Shown: one piece after another, positions 9,951-19,548 of the stretch
How the letters are laid out: each line of letters begins with the position of its first letter
How positions within the stretch are numbered: position 1 is the stretch's first letter
From: an uncultured archaeon
Lineage (GTDB): Archaea > Aenigmatarchaeota > Aenigmatarchaeia > QMZP01 > QMZT01
Direction of reading: 5' to 3'
DNA length: 64,000 nucleotides
NCBI GenBank assembly: GCA_964441265.1
Contig: CAYYKJ010000003.1
Span: 23,428-87,427, forward strand
Made by a program: the position numbers and the translations under genes
The notes under the pieces: model-generated
What the model was told of the DNA's origin: nothing
Database searches by the model: none
What the model saw: only the letters and a program-made list of their open reading frames with translations

Positions 9951-10661
9951 TTAATTTCCGTCTCCGGACATAACCCGGTTAACCGATGCCTCCGCAAGTA
10001 TTTTTATCGTATTGAGTGTTTTTATTCCGAAATCCTCCTCCTTAACAAGTACAGGCAAATCAGTACATCCAAGTATAATGCATCCCGCCCCTTCTTTCAT
10101 AAATCTTTCAGCGATTTTCATTATTCTTCTTTTATCATCCGGCTCCTTTTCTCCGTTCAGTATTTTCATTATTGCTCCTGAAACCTCTCTCATTTCGTTT
10201 TTATCGGGTTTTACAATTCCTATTCCGTATTTTTCCAGATATTTACCATATAATCCGCTTTTTATCAGCGTTTCAGTCGCCAGCAGACCAACTTTCTTGA
10301 AACCTAAAGACTCTATTTTCTTTTCGGTTTCCTTTATTATATTCAGAACCGGGACGGAAACGGCTCCCTGAATAGAATCGAAAAACAAATTCACGGTATT
10401 GCAGGGAACCGCTATGAAATCCGCTCCCAGCCATTCGAGTTTTTTCGAGGTAACTGACAGCATTTCCCTGATCCTCCCGCTATCATTAATGCCTTTTACT
10501 ATGTCGGGAATTGGGAAATTGCATATCCACATTTCCGGATAATCGGAATCGTATTTGGCTCCGTATTCCTCCTGGAATATCCTTATTATTTCCTTGTAGA
10601 ACATTACAGTGGATTCCGGTCCCATTCCTCCGATAATTCCGATTTTTTTCATCCGGATCAT
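9951..10661 (-). CDS. Aspartate/glutamate racemase family protein
   Basis: IGIIGGMGPEST, PCNT and ILGCTDLP (two catalytic Cys). Confidence 0.9.
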   Translation of the reverse strand: MIRMKKIGIIGGMGPESTVMFYKEIIRIFQEEYGAKYDSDYPEMWICNFPIPDIVKGINDSGRIREMLSVTSKKLEWLGADFIAVPCNTVNLFFDSIQGAVSVPVLNIIKETEKKIESLGFKKVGLLATETLIKSGLYGKYLEKYGIGIVKPDKNEMREVSGAIMKILNGEKEPDDKRRIMKIAERFMKEGAGCIILGCTDLPVLVKEEDFGIKTLNTIKILAEASVNRVMSGDGN

Positions 10662-10894
10662 CCCCCAGTCTCACAATGTCGGATACCTTCCCCGAAATTC
10701 TCGGGAACGAGGATCAGGCAGTTTTCCTTCAGGTTGAAAACAAGACTTATATCTGACTCTTTACCCATGTTAAAGTTCTTCCGTATTTCCGAGGGTATCG
10801 AAATCCTCCCTTTGGAGTCTATTCTTACTTTCCTGGATTTGAACTCTTTTCCAAAAATAGTCTCAGGGCTGACATTGGAGATGAACTGCATCAC
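10658..10894 (-). CDS. AbrB/MazE/MraZ-like DNA-binding protein
   Basis: VRIDSKGRISIPSEIRK; 4-nt overlap with the racemase gene. Confidence 0.75.
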   Translation of the reverse strand: MMQFISNVSPETIFGKEFKSRKVRIDSKGRISIPSEIRKNFNMGKESDISLVFNLKENCLILVPENFGEGIRHCETGG

Positions 10895-11043
10895 CGATGA
10901 ACGTATTCACCCTTCATCTTGATCACTTAAAGATAGTCATTTAATGTTATATAAAGATTCGGTGGGACGGAGGAGATTTTATTTCTGGGAACCGGGAAAA
11001 TATAATAAATTCTTATTTAAATTCTTATTTACTATCAATATTC

Positions 11044-11664
11044 ATGTTCGCAATAATCGCTCTTGGGGACAGCATCACCTTCGGGAAGGGGGCTGAACCG
11101 GGGAAGGGATGGGCCGACCGGATGAGGGCATTTTTCGAGCCGAAGGGGGAAAACAACGCGCTTTATAATCTGGGGATTCCCGGAAATTCTTCGACGGAAC
11201 TGCTGGAGAGGGCCGGGAAGGAGCTGGAGGCAAGGGTAAGTTACGTTTATCCGGAAGACAGATTCGTCATACTCATCGCGATCGGCACGAACGACTCGAG
11301 GGGACTGGGGAGCCCGGAAAACATCCAGACAAAACCGGAAAAATACAGGGAGAACATCGAAAGGATAATTGATCTCGCGAAGGATCACACAGAGCACGTC
11401 GTCCTCATAGGGCTGACCCCGGCCGATGAAGGTCTCATGCCTTTCGAGGACACGTATTTCAACAAACAGACAATCGAAAAATTCAACGGAATCCTGAAAG
11501 GCATCGCAAAGGACAAGGATGTCCCGTACTGCGAAATATACGAAGAATTCTCCCGGAATGATCACAGGAAACTGCTCGCGGACGGGCTGCACCCGAATAA
11601 TAAGGGCCACGAACTGATTTACGAAAAAATCAGGGATTTTCTGAACACTGAAAGACTTATGTAA
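11044..11664 (+). CDS. SGNH/GDSL hydrolase
   Basis: ALGDSITFG, IGTND, DGLHPN. Confidence 0.92.
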   Translation: MFAIIALGDSITFGKGAEPGKGWADRMRAFFEPKGENNALYNLGIPGNSSTELLERAGKELEARVSYVYPEDRFVILIAIGTNDSRGLGSPENIQTKPEKYRENIERIIDLAKDHTEHVVLIGLTPADEGLMPFEDTYFNKQTIEKFNGILKGIAKDKDVPYCEIYEEFSRNDHRKLLADGLHPNNKGHELIYEKIRDFLNTERLM

Positions 11665-11681
11665 ACACCTTCCGCCCGGAC

Positions 11682-12275
11682 TCACACCTTTATCTCCTTC
11701 ACCGATCTCTTCGGGAGGGTGACCATGTATGCCCTCCTCCTCTCCACCACGGCGGCGTTGATGAAAAGCGTCCTGCCGTGCTCCAGCACCCCCGCTGATT
11801 CGTGGATGTGGCCGAAGACGTGGAGTACCGGGCCCTTGGTCTCGGCGAACTCCCGGAACTCGAGGAGTCCTGCATTGTTCCCGAAAAAGGACAGGTCCAG
11901 TATCCCGTAGGGCGGCTCGTGGGTGATCAGGATCAGTTTCTTGGGGTCGATATCCTTGGTTATCTCATACATTTCCTTGCCCAGGAAATACCTGGAGTCC
12001 ACCCCCAGGAAATGGTATCCTCCGTATTCCTCCATCATGTTGTTCATTACGGTGACCTTCCCGTTTTTGGTCTTCAGGTTCACGTCCCAGTTCCCGTGGA
12101 CGAAGAATGTCTTTATGTTCGCTCTGTCGAATGCTTTCCTGGCGTCCCCCCTGTCCATGAAGTCGCCGGCGTTGATCAGGACGTCAGGCTTGTGCTTTTT
12201 CACGGCGGATTCTATGTTCTCCCATATCTCCTTCTCCTGGTGGATGTCCGCGACGCAGAGTATTTTCAGTGCCAT
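11682..12275 (-). CDS. Metallophosphoesterase
   Basis: ADIH, NAGD, HGNWD, THEPP, GHIHE. Confidence 0.9.
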   Translation of the reverse strand: MALKILCVADIHQEKEIWENIESAVKKHKPDVLINAGDFMDRGDARKAFDRANIKTFFVHGNWDVNLKTKNGKVTVMNNMMEEYGGYHFLGVDSRYFLGKEMYEITKDIDPKKLILITHEPPYGILDLSFFGNNAGLLEFREFAETKGPVLHVFGHIHESAGVLEHGRTLFINAAVVERRRAYMVTLPKRSVKEIKV

Positions 12276-12286
12276 TTTCAACAACT

Positions 12287-12502
12287 TCACAGGTTTTTAT
12301 CAATGAGGCCGTCCAGAAGATCGGACATGATCTCTCCCTTCTCCTTCGAACTCCTTTTTAACTTATTCACATTCGCTCTTTTTAAGGTAAAGCTGCGCCT
12401 GATCTTTTCCAGGGGGAACTCCCCTGTCCTTTCGTATTCCTCCAGCATATCCGTATATTTCTTGTTCTCTCTCATTATTCTCTCAATGTCCTTCAATCGC
12501 AT
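12287..12502 (-). CDS. Small putative antitoxin / ribbon-helix-helix-like protein
   Basis: 71 aa, with RRSFTLKRANVNKLK...MSDLLDGLI; lies directly downstream of the Fic/Doc gene. Confidence 0.5.
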   Translation of the reverse strand: MRLKDIERIMRENKKYTDMLEEYERTGEFPLEKIRRSFTLKRANVNKLKRSSKEKGEIMSDLLDGLIDKNL

Positions 12503-12804
12503 ACCTCACCAACCTCTCTATTCTGTTAATCTCGGTTATGTTTTCGGATGATATTTTCGTTTGCGGCCATCTTGGAATTTCCAAGAATGGTCAGTGCAAC
12601 CACAAGCGCCGTTCTTTTGTTAACATCCGTGAATGGGTGTCCCGAGAGTATGGACCTCCACAAATATGCAATCTTCCTGTATACTGACTTTCCTTTGCCC
12701 GTATCCAAAGCAGTTTCGATTTCCGCATCGGTTCTCAGACTCCCGCCGTATTTATCGTTTATCCATTTTATTCTTTCCTTTCCTATGACATATTCCGAAT
12801 TCAT
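12483..12804 (-). pseudogene. Fic/Doc family toxin, apparently frameshifted by an internal deletion
   Basis: HPFTDVNKRTA motif. A plausible C-terminus (TKISSENITEINRIERLVRYAIEGH*) lies in a different frame. Confidence 0.65.
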
Positions 12805-12847
12805 ATGTATTATTTTGTAGATTTCCGAACACGGAGGTATCGAAAAA

Positions 12848-14008
12848 TCATGCCAAAAGCTCTTCCGAGGTCATGCAGAAAATCTTGGCGAGGTCGAGCA
12901 GATCCCGGACATCCACGCATTCATTGGCCTTGTGGGCCATTTCCTTTCCCGGGGAAAACATCGCTGTTACTATCCCGTGCTCTGCGAGGGGCTTGGCGAC
13001 CGTCGTGGCGGGAGAACCGTACGTCTCCGGTGTGATTCCCCTCACTTTATTGAAGCTCTTCCGAAGGGAACTTACAAGCTCGTTCTTCCTTTTTTGTATG
13101 AATGGTCTCTGGTCATCTATGATCTCTGTCTCGAACCTGGCATTTTTGTTCCTCTTTTTGACCCTCTCCAGCATCCCCTTCACGTCCTTCAATATCTTTT
13201 CCATGTTCATGGAGGGAAGGTAGCGGAAATCTATGGCGCACTCACACCTGGCGGGGACAGTGTTCACCGAGGATCCTCCCTTTATGGTACCTATGTTCCT
13301 GGTGGGGTCCGAGAACATCGGATTCGGGCTGTAGTTGTATCTGTACTTCCTGAATTCTTGCAGAAAATCCAGCATGTTCTCGATGGCGTTGACCCCCTTG
13401 TGGGGCCTTGAGCCGTGCGCCTGCTTCCCGTGGGAGATGACCCTGAGGAAGAGCAGCCCCTTCTCTCCGACGGATATCCTCTTCATGTCCGTTTCCACGT
13501 CAGGGACTATTGCATAATCCCCGGATATCTTCTTTTCGTCCAGGAGATATCTCAGTCCAAATTTAGATCCCAGCTCTTCATCAGCAACGCAGGCAATCAC
13601 CAGGGATCCCTTCATCTCCCTTTCCATGGATTTCATGATCTTGCCGCAGATCAGGGCAGAGGCCAGCTGACCCTTGTTGTCCATGACCCCCCTCCCGAAG
13701 GCCTTCCCGTCCCTGACGACCATTCTGAAGGGATCGGTCTTCCAGCCCTCTCCCGGAGGGACGACATCCATGTGAACCGCTATTATCACGGAAGGATTAC
13801 CCTTTCCTATGTATCCTATGACGTTCGTTCTTCCCTTCTCCCTCTCGAAAACTCGGTACCTGATGCCATTTTCCCGGAAAAAGCGCTTTATCACCTCCGC
13901 GGCCATGTGTTCGTTGCCGGGAGGGTTGGTGGTGTCCTTTTCCACCAGTTTGCCCAGAACCGATAAAAGTTCGTTCTTCTCCTTTTCGACATCAGCAGAA
14001 AAATCCAT
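12848..14008 (-). CDS. M20 family metallopeptidase (DapE/ArgE-like)
   Basis: HMDVVP, GRGVMDNKG, ADEE, GKQAHGS, AHKANE. Confidence 0.9.
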   Translation of the reverse strand: MDFSADVEKEKNELLSVLGKLVEKDTTNPPGNEHMAAEVIKRFFRENGIRYRVFEREKGRTNVIGYIGKGNPSVIIAVHMDVVPPGEGWKTDPFRMVVRDGKAFGRGVMDNKGQLASALICGKIMKSMEREMKGSLVIACVADEELGSKFGLRYLLDEKKISGDYAIVPDVETDMKRISVGEKGLLFLRVISHGKQAHGSRPHKGVNAIENMLDFLQEFRKYRYNYSPNPMFSDPTRNIGTIKGGSSVNTVPARCECAIDFRYLPSMNMEKILKDVKGMLERVKKRNKNARFETEIIDDQRPFIQKRKNELVSSLRKSFNKVRGITPETYGSPATTVAKPLAEHGIVTAMFSPGKEMAHKANECVDVRDLLDLAKIFCMTSEELLA

Positions 14009-14041
14009 AATAAATTTTAAACCCGCATCTAATTAATTGTT

Positions 14042-14458
14042 ATGATCGAGCACGAGACCATCCGGGTCTCCACCAGGGGGCACTGCGATATAATAAACAT
14101 AACACCCCAGGTGGAGGGAATCCTCTCCAAATCCAAGATCAAGGAAGGTCTGGTAAACGTATTCATCTCCGGTTCCACCGCCTCCGTATCGACCATAGAG
14201 TACGAGCCCAATCTGGTGAAGGACATGCAGGAGGCACTGGAGAAGATCGCCCCGGAGGACAAGGCGTACCACCACAAGGAGACCTGGAACGACGACAACG
14301 GATTCTCCCACGTGAGGGCGACACTGATGAAGCCCGGAATCACGGTGCCCTTCAGGAACAAAAAACCCTTACTGGGGACATGGCAGCAGATCGCCTTCCT
14401 GGATTTCGACAACAGACCCAGGGACAGGGAGATAAAGGTGACTGTGAGCGGGGAATGA
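14042..14458 (+). CDS. YjbQ/UPF0047 family protein
   Basis: DNGFSHVRATL and LGTWQQIAFLDFD. Confidence 0.9.
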   Translation: MIEHETIRVSTRGHCDIINITPQVEGILSKSKIKEGLVNVFISGSTASVSTIEYEPNLVKDMQEALEKIAPEDKAYHHKETWNDDNGFSHVRATLMKPGITVPFRNKKPLLGTWQQIAFLDFDNRPRDREIKVTVSGE

Positions 14459-14460
14459 AG

Positions 14461-15219
14461 TCATTCCGAATACTTCCACAGGAGATTGAACCATTTGACG
14501 TAGGAATCCGCGATTTTCCTGTTTATTATCATGAAACAGGTAGGATTGTCGCCATCCCACAGGACGTTCACTACCCTGTCGGCATAGATGTTGATTATGG
14601 CAGGCGTGGAGAACTCCTTCGGCAGGAACTTCACTTCCATGAGTTTGAGTCTGGATATGTTCTTCCCCTTCACCTCGTGATCGTACAAAACCCTCCATTT
14701 GATGTTGTTCTTTATCCTCTCCCGGTTGAAGCCGGGGAAGAAGTATTTCAGGAATCTGTCCTCCTTCCCCACTCCCCCTATCAGGTATATGTCCTCCCCC
14801 TGCCGTAGTATGTCCCTCCGTACTGCCTTGAACCCATCCTTCCCCGCAAAAACGTGCGCCTCTGAGCGGTGTCTCCTGGCAGACGGCATTTTCTCGAGTT
14901 CGGGTATGATTTTTTTGATCTTTTTCTTCTTTTCCTCCAGCTTCTCCTTCTCCTCCTCGATGTATAACACAAGATTGTTGGGATCGGACGCCTCGAAGAA
15001 TTTGACGTTTTTCACTATCACGTATGAAACCAGTCCCTTGTCGGAAAGCTTGTTCACCGCCTCGTACACCCTGCTCCGGTGAAGCCCGACCTCCTTGGTC
15101 AGCTCGCCTATCTTCGTGGATCCCGTCCGTATCAGCGCCAGATATACCTCGACCTCGCTCTTTGTGAGGTTGGTGTTTTCGAGCACGCCCGGACTGAGGG
15201 GCAGTTCTTCGGATTCCAT
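14461..15219 (-). CDS. TrmB family transcriptional regulator
   Basis: LTKSEVEVYLAL...HRSRVYEAVNKLSDKGLV, plus a C-terminal effector domain. Confidence 0.88.
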   Translation of the reverse strand: MESEELPLSPGVLENTNLTKSEVEVYLALIRTGSTKIGELTKEVGLHRSRVYEAVNKLSDKGLVSYVIVKNVKFFEASDPNNLVLYIEEEKEKLEEKKKKIKKIIPELEKMPSARRHRSEAHVFAGKDGFKAVRRDILRQGEDIYLIGGVGKEDRFLKYFFPGFNRERIKNNIKWRVLYDHEVKGKNISRLKLMEVKFLPKEFSTPAIINIYADRVVNVLWDGDNPTCFMIINRKIADSYVKWFNLLWKYSE

Positions 15220-15415
15220 GACCATTAAAGGCGACAAATCTTGGATCCTTCGATTCCATGCTTTTTTCAAAATGGGATCTCGTCACGTTATTTCCTTTGA
15301 GCGTCAGCGGTTTTATGCCATTCTTTTCAGCTTTTTTAATAATTTTTCTGCTCCATCTGCTTGCATACTGAACGGTGGAATCAGAATTGGGTAACGTTAT
15401 CAACATGTTCTTCAC
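15215..15415 (-). pseudogene. Truncated N-terminus of a caspase/CHAT-fold-like protein ending at FNGHG
   Basis: MKNMLITLPNSD...PRFVAFNGHG is AT-rich and then runs out of frame into the GC-richer trmB sequence. Confidence 0.45.
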
Positions 15416-15615
15416 TGTTTTTTAAATGATCTCAAATAAGAAAGCTGCATTTCGATTATACTTTCCCCTATGGAATCACCTTTCCTGACGTGTTCTATTA
15501 ACTCGTCCCTGCTCATCGGCTTGCCTGAAAATCCAATAGAAAGCAAAGCGTTATCGGGTATTGCCCTCAGACGGGCGATAACAAGCTCGATCTCGTCTTT
15601 CCCCATATTGATCAT
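15412..15615 (-). CDS. Small hypothetical protein
   Basis: ELVIARL...LSIG...ELIEHVRKGDSIG; ATGA-coupled to both neighbours. Confidence 0.7.
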   Translation of the reverse strand: MINMGKDEIELVIARLRAIPDNALLSIGFSGKPMSRDELIEHVRKGDSIGESIIEMQLSYLRSFKKQ

Positions 15616-15791
15616 ATTATCCCAAGTTTTATAAGTTTTTCAATTATTTTCTTTCCCTTCTCAGTTTTGTGATTGATTTCCTTATACGCGACGTTCCAGC
15701 TAACGGGTTCTCCGTCGATGACAACTACTATTTCCTGCCTTGTCTTTAATGGCAAATTAGAATAAACCCGCATGAACCTTGACGTGCTCAT
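15612..15791 (-). CDS. Small hypothetical protein (59 aa, below the ORF-track cutoff)
   Basis: MSTSRFMRVYSNLPLKTRQEIVVVIDGEPVSWNVAYKEINHKTEKGKKIIEKLIKLGII*; its stop overlaps the next start. Confidence 0.7.
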   Translation of the reverse strand: MSTSRFMRVYSNLPLKTRQEIVVVIDGEPVSWNVAYKEINHKTEKGKKIIEKLIKLGII

Positions 15792-15861
15792 ATCAAACCA
15801 CAGGGATTCCTGTAATATATAATTATCACCGGTGTGATAAAAAGTTGTTCGTGTTTCTTTG

Positions 15862-16278
15862 TTATCCGTCCAGAATATCCATTACGTCGTCTTTCATCTT
15901 CTTCAGAAGATGGATTTTAAGGCCCTTCTCGATCCTCCTGAGCGTCTTGTCGTCCGGGCGGAAACCCTGGGACTCGATCCTCCTGAGCACTGATTCCTGT
16001 ATGCCGATCTTACTGGCAGCGTCCTTCTGCCTGAGACCGAGCTTTTCCCTGGCGCACCTGACCCTTCCGGCCAGATCGGAGACCACTTCCCTCTCCTCTA
16101 TTTCGGGGATGAAATCCCCCTTCGGGACATGGTGGGGGACATTGACCCCCCTCCTTTGTATCTCCTCGCCCAGGGAGGAGCATTCACTGCACACCTCAAG
16201 CTCGCTCCTGCCCATCCTGATCCTCCGGGTTTCAGAAACCTCTTTCCCGCAAATCTCGCACTCGGGCATGCCAATCAC
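15862..16278 (-). CDS. Archaeal MBF1 (Zn-ribbon plus HTH)
   Basis: CEICG...VCSEC, then AREKLGLRQKDAASKIG. Confidence 0.85.
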   Translation of the reverse strand: MIGMPECEICGKEVSETRRIRMGRSELEVCSECSSLGEEIQRRGVNVPHHVPKGDFIPEIEEREVVSDLAGRVRCAREKLGLRQKDAASKIGIQESVLRRIESQGFRPDDKTLRRIEKGLKIHLLKKMKDDVMDILDG

Positions 16279-16292
16279 TCAGAATTCTATAA

Positions 16293-17429
16293 TCAAAATA
16301 TGGTCATGTTGACCTCGGATATGTCCCAGCTACCGCTTCCCATGAAGGAGACGGTATTGCCCCCTTCAACGAGGTCGGATTTCTCGAAGGAAACCGTGTT
16401 GTTACCCTCCCTCACCGACTGGACACCCATCTCGTTGCCGTTGATCCTTATCTTCAGTATACCGTCCTTGTGTATCTCATCGACTATGAAGATTATGTTT
16501 CCCTCTGTGAAAGCGTCCATGTCTTCCTGCGTGACCTGGAAATCCTTCTCCTGCACCACGTCGTTGGTGGAGAGGTAAAGCTCAAGAACCGCGTTGTCCA
16601 CGGCGAAAACGTCGTTGGACTTGAAGGCGAGTATGTTATTCCCCACCTTCATTGTGTCGGAGATGTCCGAGTATTCGAGCTCTATGGTCTCCAGGTTCTC
16701 GGGATCGGTCTCGCTGTATATCTCCCTGCCGTTAAGGAGTATGGTCATTTTACCCTCCTGGCTGGTGGTGGTGTAGAATTTCAGCCTCCCCATATCCCAT
16801 GACTCCAGCTCGTTGGAATATATGTCGAAAGCGAGCAGCTTCTCCGGTCCGTATTCCGCGGTGACCTCCATGTCGTCCAGGGTGTACATGGTGTTCCAGC
16901 CCCAGCAGGTGATGGGCGGGGTACCTCCCAGGAACTCCAGGGTGTTGGAGGTCTTTACGTAATCGGGTTCCACGGCCACGTCGTAATGATAAAGCTTGGG
17001 GACCTTGCTGAAGAACGACCTGTCGTTCCACCTCATTATCAGGTTGGAACACTCGGACATCTTGCCCGGATCGTCGTTTATGTTGAATCCCACGTTCACC
17101 TTCCTGAGGCCGCTCAGTATTCCCTGGTCCACGTCAATCCTGAATTTCTTGGAGTCCTCTCCCCCCAGAAGGGAAGTGCTCACGGTGAAAGAGGGCATGG
17201 TCTCAAGGGTCTGGGTGTTGGTCTCCCCCACGGCGAAGGATCCGAAGGTTATGGTCCTGGAGACCTCGTCGGCCTCGGCCAGCCCCACCCTTCCCAGGGA
17301 TTCGAAGTGGGCGATCTGGTTGTCCGCCGGCTGGAGCACGCCCGTCCACTCCCCGAGGGGGATACCTACGAGGAGCATGACCCCCACTATAACAATCCCG
17401 GCTATCAGGACCAGAAGGAATTCGTCCAT
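16293..17429 (-). CDS. Membrane-anchored acidic hypothetical protein
   Basis: N-terminal TM helix followed by a beta-rich acidic domain; host-like codon usage. Confidence 0.75.
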   Translation of the reverse strand: MDEFLLVLIAGIVIVGVMLLVGIPLGEWTGVLQPADNQIAHFESLGRVGLAEADEVSRTITFGSFAVGETNTQTLETMPSFTVSTSLLGGEDSKKFRIDVDQGILSGLRKVNVGFNINDDPGKMSECSNLIMRWNDRSFFSKVPKLYHYDVAVEPDYVKTSNTLEFLGGTPPITCWGWNTMYTLDDMEVTAEYGPEKLLAFDIYSNELESWDMGRLKFYTTTSQEGKMTILLNGREIYSETDPENLETIELEYSDISDTMKVGNNILAFKSNDVFAVDNAVLELYLSTNDVVQEKDFQVTQEDMDAFTEGNIIFIVDEIHKDGILKIRINGNEMGVQSVREGNNTVSFEKSDLVEGGNTVSFMGSGSWDISEVNMTIF

Positions 17430-17520
17430 ATTTAATTTATCTCGGAGCTAAATTTTATATGTATAGGTTAAACAAGGCATAAAACCGGATTTGAACGGAT
17501 TCGAGGCGATAAACTTGAAA

Positions 17521-18516
17521 ATGCTCAGAAAGGACCTGAAGAACGACACGGTGAAAATATTAGTCGAATCTCCGGATGATTTATGGCACCTCTCCAACAT
17601 AATCGGGAAGGGAGACCTGGTCAGACTGAGGACCTTCCGGAAGGTCATAGTCAAATCCGGCGGGGACTTCAAGTACGGGGATAAGAAGCCCATGGTTCTT
17701 ACATTAAGGACAGACACGGCGGATTTCCAGAAGGATACGGGAGTTTTCAGGCTGGGAGGGGAGATAGTCGAGGGCCCGGACTCGGCAAAGAAATCCGCCC
17801 ATCACTACGTGAACTTGGAGGAGGGGACACGGCTCTCCATAATCAAGAAATGGAAACCTTACCACCTGGAAAGGATAAAGAAGGCGGGAAAGAGGAAGCC
17901 CGCCCTTTTGGTGTGCGTTATAGACAGAGATGAGGCAGACCTAGCCGCCGTGATGGAATCCGGTGTGGAAATGAAGACCAGCATAGTCAATCAGGACGCT
18001 GAGAGGATGGAGGAGTTCTATGACAGGGTCATCAAGTGCATGGAAGGAGAGAAGGGATACGAGAGGATAATCCTTGCCGGTCCCGGTTTCGAGAGGGAGA
18101 ACCTCCTGAAATACATGAAGCAGAAGAAATCCCTTCTGGTAAAGGACATCATACTCGAGAAATCATCCTCCACCGGCATAAACGGAGTGAACGAAGTGAT
18201 CAGGAGCTCCTCGGTTCGCATCCTGAAGGATACCAGAATATCAAAGGAGAGCAGGCTGGTGGAGGACGTTCTGGGACGGATAAAGAGCGGAGGGATGGCA
18301 GTCTACGGCCCCGAGGAGACCAGGAAAGCGGTGAAGTCCGGGGCGGTGGAGAAACTCATGGTCTCGGATAAGAAGGTCTACGAGAACGAGGGGCTCATGG
18401 AGGAAGCCGAGAAGCAGGCCGGAGAGGTGGTCATAATCGGCTCGGACCACGAGAAGGGCGAGCAGTTCCTCCACCTGGGAGGGATCGCCGCGTTCACCAG
18501 GTACAAGCTGGATTAG
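17521..18516 (+). CDS. pelA: Pelota (Dom34) ribosome rescue factor
   Basis: ESPDDLWHL, ILAGPGF, AVYG, LGGIAAFTRY. Confidence 0.93.
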   Translation: MLRKDLKNDTVKILVESPDDLWHLSNIIGKGDLVRLRTFRKVIVKSGGDFKYGDKKPMVLTLRTDTADFQKDTGVFRLGGEIVEGPDSAKKSAHHYVNLEEGTRLSIIKKWKPYHLERIKKAGKRKPALLVCVIDRDEADLAAVMESGVEMKTSIVNQDAERMEEFYDRVIKCMEGEKGYERIILAGPGFERENLLKYMKQKKSLLVKDIILEKSSSTGINGVNEVIRSSSVRILKDTRISKESRLVEDVLGRIKSGGMAVYGPEETRKAVKSGAVEKLMVSDKKVYENEGLMEEAEKQAGEVVIIGSDHEKGEQFLHLGGIAAFTRYKLD

Positions 18517-19157
18517 AGTCTCTTCTTGCAGAATCCTTCCAGCGGGCATTCGCCGCAGAGGGGCCTAGGCCTGCACACGTCTTTTCCCAGTTCGACTATG
18601 AGGGCGTGGAACTCCTTATAAATCCCGATGTCTCCCGGAATCCTCTTCTCGAAAAATCCCCTTATTTTCTCATAACCGATATCCTTTCCAAACAGACCCA
18701 TCCTGGAGAATATCCTCCTTGTGTAGGTGTCGGCCACGAATAACGGCCTACCTGCGGCATAAAGGAGTATCGAATCCGCCGTCTCGGGTCCGATACCGTT
18801 CACTTTCAGCAAAAGGTCTCTTTCTATCTTTTTCAGGAAATTGTTTACACCACCATAACCCTTCACAAAATTCGCGAATCCCCTCAGCTTGACCGCTTTC
18901 TGGTTGTAATAACCGCTGGGCCTGATCAGTTCCGCCAGTTTGTTTTCATTCATCTCAAGAAGTTTTTCGAGGTCGGTTATTTTTTCCCTTTTCAGGTTCT
19001 CAAGGGCCCTCTCCACGTTCTTCCAGCTGGTGTTCTGGGTCAAAATCGCCCCTATACAGACTTCCCATTCCTTAGGGACGAACCCACCTTCCATGGGCCA
19101 CCATTCCTGCGGTCCGAAATGATTAAGAAGCTTGCGGTAAACCTCGATGATTCTCAT
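18513..19157 (-). CDS. HhH-GPD endonuclease III-like protein
   Basis: GAILTQNTSW, GIGPETADSILLYA, and a C-terminal four-Cys cluster. Confidence 0.9.
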   Translation of the reverse strand: MRIIEVYRKLLNHFGPQEWWPMEGGFVPKEWEVCIGAILTQNTSWKNVERALENLKREKITDLEKLLEMNENKLAELIRPSGYYNQKAVKLRGFANFVKGYGGVNNFLKKIERDLLLKVNGIGPETADSILLYAAGRPLFVADTYTRRIFSRMGLFGKDIGYEKIRGFFEKRIPGDIGIYKEFHALIVELGKDVCRPRPLCGECPLEGFCKKRL

Positions 19158-19186
19158 AAGATTATTAAGAAAACAATGATTAAAAA

Positions 19187-19501
19187 TCAGTCTCCCGGGG
19201 GGAAATCCGGAATGACGCTGTCAAAGAATTTCCTGACGGGCTCAAGTTTCACTTCGACCACTTTTCCCGTGTAATGCCGTTTGATGGCCTGCCTCAGTCC
19301 GTTGAGGCTTTTGTATCCGAACTCGCTGGGATGATAGCCTGTCTTGCTCTCGTGTCCTTTCTCTCCTATTATTTTAACCATGACATAACGGGGCGTCAGT
19401 GAAGTCTCAAATCTTTTGGGATTGTGTCCGTGACGTTCAATAAAACCGTCCCATGGCCGATCAAGACTTTCATATAAGCCCGGTTCTTTTCCTTTTCCCA
19501 T
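19187..19501 (-). CDS. Hypothetical protein
   Basis: 104-aa ORF filling the gap, with a TATA-like box upstream. Confidence 0.55.
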   Translation of the reverse strand: MGKGKEPGLYESLDRPWDGFIERHGHNPKRFETSLTPRYVMVKIIGEKGHESKTGYHPSEFGYKSLNGLRQAIKRHYTGKVVEVKLEPVRKFFDSVIPDFPPGD

Positions 19502-19548
19502 GAACAGGATTTGTCCGTGAGCTTTTTAAAAACTGTCTTTCCCGAAAA

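Noticed and set aside
14369..15415. 348-aa ORF as a real full-length protein
   Set aside because: Beyond FNGHG it is an out-of-frame read-through of trmB with shadow-ORF composition.
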